Both the position numbers and the translations under genes were made by a program. From the NCBI RefSeq assembly GCF_044704955.1, contig NC_091993.1, forward strand, positions 131,006,001 through 131,070,000: a DNA stretch of 64,000 nucleotides. Direction: 5' to 3'. Positions 38,602 to 48,784 of this stretch are shown here, piece after piece. Source of the stretch: Pristiophorus japonicus. Taxonomy: Eukaryota. The stretch's first letter is position 1, and the number at the start of each line of letters is the position of its first letter. The notes below the pieces were generated by a model that made no database searches, had not been told where the DNA came from, and was given only the letters and a program-made list of their open reading frames with translations.

Positions 38602-41070
38602 CTAAGCTGTACCACGTACAATTATTATAACTAGACAGTCTTCTTCAGATTTGGCCAGGGCTCGAGCACAGGTTTGCAGATACTGTTGAGAAAAATCACA
38701 TGGAGGGAAAGCATGAAGCACACCGCTGTGGTCCTTCTCTTTGCTTCCTCCAACAGGCAGGCTGATGACACCAGCAGCCTGCTTTTGTTTTAGATAAGAT
38801 ACCAAGTTCCTCAGGGGTCTCTGTGGTGAAGTGGCTTGCTCTATAGCAGAGGACATCCCTTCCACATTTTCCATGCTGTTCAGTGCTGGTACGGCCAACA
38901 GGACACAATAGCCATTCGTGCCTGATGCCTTGATGCGTCTTGTTACCTCATCCAATTTAGGCTGATCTAGTCGTAAGCGCTGGGTGATTTTTAACTGTGC
39001 TATTTTTCCACCAGTTGAGACGTCCACTAATAAGTTGGTTGCAACGCTCAGATCACCTTCAAGGAAGTGCATATTCGTGGAGAAAGAACTATTTTTTAGA
39101 ACCAGCATTCCATGCCAGGCTACATTCAACTTGCGTTCATATTCCTGGAAGCTGTCAGATGCTTTGGCATTGGTGGAGTCGGATTTAGATTTGCTCCGCG
39201 TGGGACTTGCACATTCTGTAGTTCTATGTTTGCGGTCTTTATCCTTTTCGATCAAGTTTATAGCTTTCATCTCATGCTTACCACAAGAAACTTTTTCTAT
39301 GCTGTTACGGCGATCCCGACTGGGCGAATACCGCTCATTCTTGGCATCGCGGTCGGAGTCACTGTGACGCCCGCCATCACGGCTGCTATTACCCGGGCTA
39401 CGATCCGGCGAAATACAACGCCGCTTTCTAGACCGGTCATTACTGGGTGAATCAGTGGGGCGGGTGTCCGGAGGCCCTCTCCTTTTTCTTCTTTGGTCCC
39501 AATTTTGTAAAATATGGTCACGCCCACGTTCAAGAGACCAGCTATCCCGGACTTCACGATCGAGGTGATCAAATGGTTCGTGGCTATTCCGGTTTCTTTC
39601 CCGGACAGAAAGGACATGCCAGTCGTTGGCAGCAAAGAGGTCCCTTTCTCTGTAATGCATTGGGGGAGAATTCCTTTCCCTACCCCTCAGGCACTCCGCA
39701 CCACGGGGAAGAAGGCCGTCTCCAATCAAATCAAAATGAGGCAGAGGCAAGGCTTGCAGATATTGAGGATATCGATGCTCTGTATCTGCAAAGTCAACTC
39801 TTAGCCGCCGATCTGGTCCACCCAAGGGAAAGCCACGCATCTGAGTACAAGCAGCTTGTGCAGCATCCAAGCTTTCATACTGAATATAAGCCCAACTATC
39901 TCCCTTTCTGTAGTCAATAGACCTTATCGTCCCAAAGCGGTCAAATTCCCTTGCAAGACCAGCTACAGGAACCCAGGCACCCAATCCCCCAACCCACAAG
40001 CGAGTGGTTGGGGTCGCTTTCCCATAACCAATCTTGATAGGATTTCTCCCGATCACTTTGCCAGACATTGCAAGCTTAGCTCTGTGGGCCATGTCCAAGT
40101 TTTCAAATTTCAGGAAACCATATGAATTTCCTTGCCCACGAGGTGGCCGTTTGATATCCACCTCCAAGATAACTCCGAACCGTTCAAATGCAAGCAAAAG
40201 ATCATTTTGTGAAACTGAAGGGTCCAAGTTACCAATAAACAACGTCCTATTTGCTCTCTTGTCATCTTCTGGCAAGATTTCATCTTCCCTGAATGTAGTT
40301 CTGTCAAGTGTGTATGCAGCTCGTCCCCGGCCTTCATAAAAGGCATAATCACGCTCCCTTTCCAAATCTCTCTGGGGAGGCGGAGGTGGAGGAGGTGGCG
40401 GTGGTATCTGACGTCCCAAAGAACTGCGCTGCTGAGCTCGGTGTTCTCTGTAACCAAGTCCTGCAGGGGAAAGCGACCTCTGCCTGTGACGGTTGCCCTG
40501 GACACTTGGTGCAGAATACCCATCCAGTTCAGGGGAATAACTTCTTCCTTTTGGAGGAGGATAAACCGTTTCGATTTTCAGAGGGCGATCGTGCAGCACC
40601 AGCCTGCCCTTGGCATGCCTGGCAGCCTTGGCATCCTCAGAGTGCCTGAAATTCACCAGGGCCACCCTTTCATCCCCATCCCTGGATATTTTCACACTAA
40701 CATCCCCAAACTTCTTAAACTCGTGGAACAGCCCATCCTCAATGGCACCATCACTCAACTGGGAGCCCAAATTGCTGATCTTTAGAGTTTTGTATTCACC
40801 AGGTTGCCTCTCATTCCTGCTAGTCCTTGAGGAAGCAGAGGAAAGACTCAAGTTATTAGCAGTTCGGTTGGGAGGATAGACATCATAGTCTCTGTTGTTG
40901 GTCCTTTTGCCACTAATATTGCGAGTCCTCTTGGCATTGCCATGGTTCTTGTTGTTCCTATTGATGCTGTTGTGATTATTCCCCATTTTCCTGGGCTGCT
41001 GGTGGTGGCCTCCTCGCCTGTCCTCCCCGCGTTTACCGCCAGCTTTGGGCGACACGTCCTTCTCCTTCAT
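38602..41070 (-). CDS. RBM15: RNA-binding motif protein 15 (SPEN family; 3 RRMs plus SPOC), 822 aa, single large coding exon
   Basis: YKTLKIS.LGSQLSD..EDGLFHEFK.FGDVSVKIS, RANRTLF.GNLD, KATPTTRLWVGGLG, DFADTEHRY, and SPOC QRLRLDQPKLDEV...AKSEED.L.IIVRG. These diagnostic segments match RBM15 rather than RBM15B. Intact ORF. Confidence 0.95.
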   Translation of the reverse strand: MKEKDVSPKAGGKRGEDRRGGHHQQPRKMGNNHNSINRNNKNHGNAKRTRNISGKRTNNRDYDVYPPNRTANNLSLSSASSRTSRNERQPGEYKTLKISNLGSQLSDGAIEDGLFHEFKKFGDVSVKISRDGDERVALVNFRHSEDAKAARHAKGRLVLHDRPLKIETVYPPPKGRSYSPELDGYSAPSVQGNRHRQRSLSPAGLGYREHRAQQRSSLGRQIPPPPPPPPPPQRDLERERDYAFYEGRGRAAYTLDRTTFREDEILPEDDKRANRTLFIGNLDPSVSQNDLLLAFERFGVILEVDIKRPPRGQGNSYGFLKFENLDMAHRAKLAMSGKVIGRNPIKIGYGKATPTTRLWVGGLGAWVPVAGLAREFDRFGTIRSIDYRKGDSWAYIQYESLDAAQAACTQMRGFPLGGPDRRLRVDFADTEHRYPQYLQALPLPHFDLIGDGLLPRGAECLRGRERNSPPMHYRERDLFAANDWHVLSVRERNRNSHEPFDHLDREVRDSWSLERGRDHILQNWDQRRKRRGPPDTRPTDSPSNDRSRKRRCISPDRSPGNSSRDGGRHSDSDRDAKNERYSPSRDRRNSIEKVSCGKHEMKAINLIEKDKDRKHRTTECASPTRSKSKSDSTNAKASDSFQEYERKLNVAWHGMLVLKNSSFSTNMHFLEGDLSVATNLLVDVSTGGKIAQLKITQRLRLDQPKLDEVTRRIKASGTNGYCVLLAVPALNSMENVEGMSSAIEQATSPQRPLRNLVSYLKQKQAAGVISLPVGGSKEKDHSGVLHAFPPCDFSQQYLQTCARALAKSEEDCLVIIIVRGTA

Positions 41071-41960
41071 ATTCCTTCGGTTTCACAATAATTAATCCAA
41101 GCCGTATCGAAAGATCGGATTTAACCCGCTTTTAAAGCGATTTATTGATCCAAAATGCGGGCGGGTTGCGCGGCTCCCTCACTGCCGCTGCTTCATGTCG
41201 ATTGCGGGGAGAATGGAAGCAATCGGCACGTTTGAATCGACACTTTCCCTCACCCGATCCGCCGATGTGCCGCTTGCTTTGCTTCTCTCGCGGTTCCCGA
41301 TGGATTTTTTTTCCCTCACTTCTTTCCCGGAGATTTTCACCGACGCCGAAAAGCCTCCCGCCTCGCCGCCGCCATTTTGTACCACGCCCCGCCCCACCGC
41401 CCCGCGCTGATTGGCCGGGGTCTGCGGTCCTCGCGCTCCGATTGGCCGGGGTCTGCAGTCCCCGCGCTCTGATTGGTCGGCCCGGGTTGTCATTCAGCCG
41501 ACACCATGGTGACGCTCGGGAGCAATCGCTGCTTGAAATGTGAGCCAGCGGCTGGAAATGGCGGCGGAGCGGAGCAGAAGCCGGGCCCGAGAGTTTGCAG
41601 GCGCAATGGCGGAGGTTGGTGCGTGTTTTTACTCTGCTGTGATTGGGCCTGCTCGTGGGCCAATCGCCTGGCCCGAGTTTTAGCGGCGTTTCTCTCTGAA
41701 CAAAATGTGGAGAAATTGACCGATTGTGTTGCGAAAAATCTCAACAAAAAATTACTTCAAAAAAACATCGGCGGAAAACGCTGTTCGAATTCAAACGGAC
41801 GGACAGCTCGCCCCGCCCCTTTACTACGCTCCCATTGGCTGCAGCCGAGCGCTCTGTCGCCTGATTTGCTGCTTCACACGTCAAACAAACGGGAGCCCCG
41901 CCCTCTAGATATTCATAGGCTGAGCGCGCAGGACGCCATTCGGCCCATTGTGCCCCTCTC
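41000..41960. promoter_or_regulatory. CpG-island promoter of RBM15, probably bidirectional
   Basis: CpG-rich in a CpG-depleted background; YY1 motif GCCGCCATTTTG 41368-41379; GC box about 41386-41395; ATTGG at 41410, 41441, 41472; further CCAAT/ATTGG at about 41642, 41660, 41834. Confidence 0.85.
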
Positions 41961-41989
41961 CCCCCCAACCTCACACACTTCACCTCTGT

Positions 41990-44150
41990 CACAGCTGACC
42001 CTGCCATTATCTTCCGGCCACATCCACAGCAGAGCTAAACCCGCCTCTTTCCACCTGTGTAACATCGTCTGTCTCTGCCCCGCCTCAGCTCATCCGCTGC
42101 TGAACCCCTCATCACTGCCTTTGTTACCTCCAGACCTCACTACTCCAACACACTCCTGGCCGGCCTCCCACATTCTACCCGACGTAAACTCGAGGACATC
42201 CAAAACTCGGCTGCCCCATGTCCGAACTCACACCCAGTCCCGCTCACCCATCACCCCTGTGCCCCGTGTCCTAACTCGCACCCAGTCCCGCTCACCCATC
42301 CCCCCTGTGCCCCGTGTCCGAACTCGCACCCAGTCCCACTCACCCATCACCCCCTGTGCCCCGTGTCCGAACTCGCACCGAGTCCCGCTCACCCATCCCC
42401 CCTGTGCCCCGTGTCCTAACTCGCACAGAGTCCCACTCACCCATCACCCCCTGTGCTCACTGCCCCGTGTCCGAACTCGCACCCAGTCCCACTCACCCAT
42501 CACCCCCTGTGCTCCGTGTCCTAACTCGCACAGAGTCCCACTCACCCATCACCCCCTGTGCTCCGTGTCCGAACTCGCACCCAGTCCCACTCACCCATCA
42601 CCCCCTGTGCTCACTGCCCCGTGTCCGAACTCGCACCCAGTCCCACTCACCCATCACCCCCTGTGCCCCGTGTCCGAACTCGCACCCAGTCCCACTCACC
42701 CATCACCCACTGTGCTCACTGCCCCGTGTCCGAACTCGCACCCAGTCCCACTCACCCATCACCCCCTGTGCCCCGTGTCCGAACTCGCACCCAGTCCCAC
42801 TCACCCATCACCCCCTGTGCTCACTGCCCCGTGTCCTAACTCACACCCAGTCCCACTCACCCATCACCCCCTGTGCCCCGTGTCCGAACTCGCACCCAGT
42901 CCCACTCACCCATCACCCCCTGTGCTCGCTGCCCCGTGTCCGAACTCGCACCCAGTCCCACTCACCCATCACCCCCTGTGCTCACTGCCCCGTGTCCTAA
43001 CTCACACCAAGTCCCACTCACCCATCACCCCCTGTGCATCGTGTCCGAACTCGCACCGAGTCCCGCTCACCCATCACCCCCTGTGCTCACTGACCCGTGT
43101 CCTAACTCGCACCGAGTCCCACTCACCCATCACCCCCTGTGCTCACTGCCCCGTGTCCTAACTCACACCGAGTCCCGCTCACCCATCACCCCCTGTGCCC
43201 CGTGTCCTAACTCGCACCGAGTCCCGCTCACCCATCACCCCCTGTGCTCACTGCCCCATGTCCTAACTCGCACCGAGTCCCACTCACCCATCACCCGCTG
43301 TGCTCACTGCCCCGTGTCCGAACTCACACCCAGTCCCACTCACCCATCACCCCCTGTGCCCCGTGTCCTAACTCGCACCGAGTCCCGCTCACCCATCACC
43401 CCCTGTGCTCACTGACCCGTGTCCTAACTCACACCGAGTCCCGCTCACCCATCACCCCCTGTGCCCCGTGTCCTAACTCGCACCGAGTCCCGCTCACCCA
43501 TCACCCCCTGTGCTCACTGACCCGTGTCCTAACTCTCACCGAGTCCCGCTCACCCATCACCCCCTGTGCCCCGTGTCCTAACTCGCACCCAGTCCCGCTC
43601 ACCCATCACCCCCTGTGCTCACTGCCCTGTGTCCTAACTCGCACCCAGTCCCGCTCACCCATCACCCCCTGTGCTCACTGCCCCGTGTCCTAACTCGCAC
43701 CCAGTCCCGCTCACCGACCTACATTGGCTCCTGATTAAGCAGCGCCTCGATTTCAAAATTCTCATCCTTGTTTTCAAATCCCTCTATGACCTCGACCCTC
43801 CCTATCTCTAATCTCCTCCAGCCATCCCCCCCCCCCCCCCCACAACGAGATATCTGCACTCCTCTAATTCTGCCCTCTTGAGCATCCCTGATTGTAATCG
43901 CTCCACCATTGGTGGCTGTGCCTTCTGTTGCCTGGGCCCCCAAGCTCTGGAACTCCCTGCCTAAACCTCTCTACCTCTCTTTCCTCCTTCAAGATGCTCC
44001 TTAAAACATACATCTTTGACCAATCTTTTGGGTACCTGCTCTCATTTCTACTTGTGTGGCTCGGTGTTACATTTTTAGTGCATAATAATCCTTTGAAGCG
44101 CCTTGGGACGTTTCACTACATTAAAGGTGCTATATAAATGCAAGTTATTG
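41990..44150 (+). mobile_element. L2 3' fragment with internal tandem expansion
   Basis: L2 sequence up to ...CCAAAACTCGGCTGCCC, then the array, then resumes GACCTACATTGGCTCC through the 3' tail. Confidence 0.88.
42212..43715. repeat. L2-derived minisatellite 1 (49- and 56-bp units, about 28 copies)
   Basis: CCCCGTGTCC(G/T)AACTCGCACCCAGTCCCACTCACCCATCACCCCCTGTG(CTCACTG) repeated. Confidence 0.95.
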
Positions 44151-44472
44151 TTCATTCCATTTTTGTCTATCTATTCGTAGCCAGAGAATCACCTGCAACG
44201 GCTTCTCTTCCTGCCTCCGCATCGTTACCTCTGGTTTCCCCCAAGGATCTGTCCTTGGCCCCTCCTATTTCTCATCTACATGTTGTCCCTCGGCGATATC
44301 ATCTGAAAACAGAGTCAGTTTCCACATGTACGCTGACGACACCCAGCTGTACCTCACCACCACTTCTCTCGATCCCTCCACGGTCTCTAAATTGTCAGAC
44401 TGCTTGTCCAACATCCAGTTCTGGATGAGCAGAAGTTTCCTCCAATTAAATATTGGGAAGACCGAAGCCATT

Positions 44473-45096
44473 GGGCTGGATTTTCACTCTTCTGCCTCTG
44501 TTAGCGCCCCAGAGGGGTGGCAATGGCGACGATAAGCACTTCTGGGCGGGCGGGCAGCTTGCAGTGTCCCGCCGGGACATTCGGAGCCGGTTTGGATGGG
44601 TCGCAGAGCAGTACCGCCCGGGAGACTGGAGACGGGAGACGGTGTACAATGTCCCTGGTTGTGACACCGACTCGATTTTTGGTTGCCACCCGACCCGTAG
44701 CACTCTGTAGAGCACCCTGTTGGGACCGCCTGTGGAAGCTGGCGCTCTGAGCTGTAGCGGCTGTCGTGAGGTAAGTTATGTCGACCTCAGGTGAGCGTAT
44801 TATTTTTTTTGCGATTTATGTTGTGGTGGCTTGAGTTATGTATTGGGAATGTTTTCGGTGTTATTTTTTCAGGTTCCCCCGCGCCCCGAGTCCTCTCTTA
44901 TGGCGCTCCGAGTCCAGCTGTTTAGTTTGTGATTTTCGCTTGCTCAGCCGGCCTCGTGCCCTAAAAGAGGTGTGCAACTCCTCACTTCGCGATCCGCTCC
45001 AAACTCCGGGCTCAGCTGATGAATTATGCGGCGGCAGTTGCAGACTTTACCACCCAGGACAACGCCGCAACAGAGGCGCGGCCGAATTTCTCCCCC
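44473..45096. mobile_element. Non-autonomous DNA transposon (PIF/Harbinger-like MITE), 624 bp
   Basis: Cleanly interrupts the L2 codons for EAI/VFGP; ATT on both sides (44470-44472 and 45097-45099); GGG...CCC ends with weak TIRs; CpG-rich. Confidence 0.7.
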
Positions 45097-45413
45097 ATTG
45101 TCTTTGGTCCTCGCCACAACCTCTGTTCCCTCGCCACCGACTCCATCCCTCTCCCGAGCATCTGTCTGAGGCTGAACCAGCCCTTCGCAACCTTCGCAAC
45201 CTTGACCCTGAAACGACCACATATTCTAAAACTAACTAAAACCCGCCTATTTCCACCTCTGTAACATCGCCCATCTCCACCCCGCCTTAGCTCATCCACT
45301 GCTAAACCCCTCATCCGTGCCTTTGTTATCTCTAGACTTCACTACTCCAATGTACTCCTGGCTGGCCTCCCACATTCTACCCTATGCAAACATGAGGTCA
45401 TCCAAAATTCGGC

Positions 45414-46735
45414 AGCCCGTGTCCTAACTCACACCGAGTCCCGCTCACCCATCATCCCCTGTGCTCACTGACCCGTGTCCTAACTCACCCCCAGTCCCGC
45501 TCACCATCACCCCCTGTGCTCACTGCCCATGTCCTAACTCACGCCCATGTCCTAACTCACACCCAGTCCCACTCACCATCACCCCCTGTGCTCACTGCCC
45601 GTGTCCTAACTCACACCCAGTCCCGCTCACCATCACCCGCTGTGCTCACTGCCCCGTGTCCTAACTCACACCCAGTCCCGCTCACCCATCATCCCCTGTG
45701 CTCGCTGCCCCGTGTCCTAACTCACACCCAGTTCCGCTCACTCATCATCCCCTGTGCTCGCTGCCCCGTGTCCTAACTCACACCCAGTCCCGCTCACTCA
45801 TCATCCCCTGTACTCACTGCCCGTGTCCTAACTCACACCCAGTCCCACTCACCATCACCCCCTGTGCTCACTGCCCGTGTCCTAACTCACACCCAGTCCC
45901 GCTCACCATCACCCGCTGTGCTCGCTGCCACGTGTCCTAACTCACCATCATTCCTTGTGCTCGCTACCCTGTGTCCTAACTCGCACCAAGTCCCACTCAC
46001 CCATCACCGCCTGTGCTGACCCGTGTCCTAACTCACACCCAGTCCCGCTCACCATCACCCGCTGTGCTCGCTGCCACGTGTCCTAACTCACCCAGTCCCG
46101 CTCACTCATCATCCCCTGTGCTCACTGCCCCGTGTCCTAACTCACAACCAGTCCCGCTCACCATCATTCCTTGTGCTCGCTACCCTGTGTCCTAACTCGC
46201 ACCAAGTCCCACTCACCCATCACCGCCTGTGCTGACCCGTGTCCTAACTCACACCCAGTTCCGCTCACGCATCACCCCCTGTGCTCACTGCCTCGTGTCC
46301 TAACTCACACCCAGTTCCGCTCACTCATCATCCCCTGTGCTCACTGCCCCGTGTTCTAACTCACACCCAGTTCCGCTCACGCATCACCCCCTGTGCTCAC
46401 TGCCTCGTGTCCTAACTCACACCGAGTCCCACTCACCCATCACCCCCTGTGCTCACTGCCTCGTGTCCTAACTCACACCGAGTCCCACTCACCCATCACC
46501 CCCTGTGCTCACTGCCCCGTGTTCTAACTCACACCCAGTTCCGCTCACTCATCATCCCCTGTGCTCACTGCCCCGTGTTCTAACTCACACCCAGTTCCGC
46601 TCACCCATCACCCCCTGTGCTCACTGCCTGTGTCCTAACTCGCACCAAGTCCCGCTCACCCATCACCCCCTGTGCTCGTTGCCTGTGTCCTAACTCGCAC
46701 CAAGCCCCACTCACCCATCACCCCCCTGTGCTTGC
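45414..46735. repeat. L2-derived minisatellite 2 (about 24 copies, more diverged)
   Basis: Same L2 segment as in array 1, tandemly repeated. Confidence 0.95.
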
Positions 46736-47164
46736 TGACCTACATTGGCTACCAGTTAAGCAACGCCTTGATTTCAAAATTCTCATCCTTGTTTACAAAT
46801 CCCTCCCTGGCCTCGCCCCTCCCTATCTCTGTAATCTCCTCCAGCCTCACAACCCCCCGAGATATCTGCACTCCTCTAATTCTGCCCTCTTGAGCATCCC
46901 TGATTATAATCACTCAACCATTGGTGGCCATGCCTTCTGTTGTCTGGGCCCCAAGCTCTGGAACTCCCTCCCTAAACCTCTCTGCCTCTCTTTCCTCCTT
47001 TGAGATGCTGTTTAAAACCTACCTCTTATCTGTAATTTCTTCTTTTACGGCTCGGTGTCAAATTTTTGTCTTATAACACTCCTGTGAAGCGCCTTGGGAC
47101 ATCTTACTACATTAAAGGTGCTATATAAACACAAGTTGTTATTTAAAAGAGCAATACAATTAGT

Positions 47165-48318
47165 ATCTGCACTCGCCTGGTTCCATTCTTATCTATCTAA
47201 TCGTAGCCAGAGAATCGCCTGCAACGGCTTCTCTTCCTGTCCCACATCGTTACCTCTGGTGTCCCCCCAAGGATCTGTCCTTGACCCTTCCTATTTCTCA
47301 TCTACATGTCACCATGGGACAACATCATCCAAAAACACAAAGTCAGTTTCCACATGTACACTGAGACACCCAGCTCTACCTCACCACCACTTCTCTCGAC
47401 CCCCCCATGGTCTCTAAATTGTCAGACTGCTTGTCCGACATCCAGTTCTGGATGAGCAGAAATTTTCTCCAATTGAATATTGGGAAGACTGAAGCCATTG
47501 TTTTCGGTCCCCGCCACAAACTCCGTTCCCTAGCCACTGACTCCATCCGTCTCCCCAACTCCTGTCTGAGGCTGAACCAGACTGTTCACAACCTTGGTGT
47601 CATAGTTGATCCTGAAATGAGCTTTCGAGCACATATCCACAGCATAACTAAAAGCGCCTATTTCCACCTCCGTAACATCGCTCATCTCCACCCTTGCCTC
47701 AGCTCATCTGCTGCTGAAGCCCTCATCCGTGCCTTTGTTACCTCCAGACTTGACTATTCCAACGCACTCCTGGCTGGCCTCCCACATTCTACCCTACGTA
47801 AACTAGAGGTGATCCAAAACTCGGCTGCCCGTGTCCTTACTCGCACCCAGTCCCGCTCACCCATCACCCCCTGTGCTTGCTGACCTACATTGGCTCCCGG
47901 TTAAGCAACACCTTGATTTCAAAATTCTCATCCTTGTTTTCAAATCCCTCCATGGCCTCGCCCCTCCCTATCTCTGTAACCTCCTCCAGCCCCACAAACC
48001 TCCCCCCCCCCCCCCCCCCCGCCGCCACCCCCCGAGATATCTGCACTCCTCTAATTCTGCCCTCTTGAGCATCACTGATTATAATTGTTCAACCATTAGT
48101 GGGCGTGCCTTCTGTTGCCTGAGCCCCAAGCTCTGGAACTCCCTCCCTAAACCTCTCCTCTGCCTCTCTTTCCTCCTTCAAGGTATTCCTTAAAACCTAC
48201 CTCTTTGATCAAGCTTTTGGTCACCTGCGCTAATTTCTCCTTGTGCGGTTCAGTGTCAGATACTCCTTGGGACGTTTCACTACATTAAAGGCGCTACATA
48301 AATACAGGTGGTTGTTGT
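47165..48318 (+). mobile_element. L2 LINE 3' fragment (unexpanded reference copy)
   Basis: ORFs 47407-47883 and 47831-48193 encode the L2 ORF2 C-terminus; single copy of the repeat unit at about 47826-47882. Confidence 0.92.
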
Positions 48319-48784
48319 CCCACTTTCTCCTGCTCTTACCCCATAGCCCAGTAAATGTTTCCTTTTGAAGTATTTATCTAATTCTCTTTTGAAAGCTACA
48401 ATTGAATCTGCTTCCGCCGCCCTTTCAGGCAGCGCGTTCCAGGTTACAACAATTATCTTAAATAATTGTGTCCTCTGGTTACCGACCGTCCTGCCACTGG
48501 AAACCGTTCCTCCCTATTTACTCAATCAAAACATTTTCAAAACCTCTCTCAAATCTCCCCTTAACCTTCTCTGCTCTTTGGATGGAAAGTGACGGAAGGT
48601 GTTGTCGCCAGTGCTATCGAGCGACAATTACTCACCAATGCTCAGTTTGGGGTCCGCCAGGACCATTTAGCTCCAGACCTCAGTCTTGGTCCAAACATGG
48701 ACAAAAGAGCTGAATTCCAGAGGTGAGCTGAGAGTGACTGACCTTGCCATCAAGGCAGCATTTGACCGAGTGTGGTATCAAGGA

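Larger units (their letters stand above)
44151..47142 (+). mobile_element. L2 LINE (5'-truncated) carrying a MITE insertion and a second tandem expansion
   Basis: MYADDTQLY...FLQLNIGKTEAI; resumes at 45097; DLHWLPVKQRLDFKIL...PKLWNSLP. Confidence 0.88.

Noticed and set aside
38696-40879. Multiple overlapping + strand and alternate-frame ORFs
   Set aside because: Shadow ORFs of the RBM15 coding sequence.
38602-41070. RBM15B or processed pseudogene interpretation
   Set aside because: Diagnostic segments match RBM15. The ORF is intact, has its own CpG promoter, and a single large coding exon is normal for this family.
41473-43161. 562-aa ORF on + strand
   Set aside because: Non-ATG start. It runs through a GC-rich promoter, an L2 fragment and a stop-poor minisatellite, so its length is a repeat artefact.
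42212-46735. CRISPR-like or zinc-finger-like (Cys/His-rich) repeat arrays
   Set aside because: No unique spacers, eukaryotic context, and the units are direct copies of an L2 ORF2 segment.
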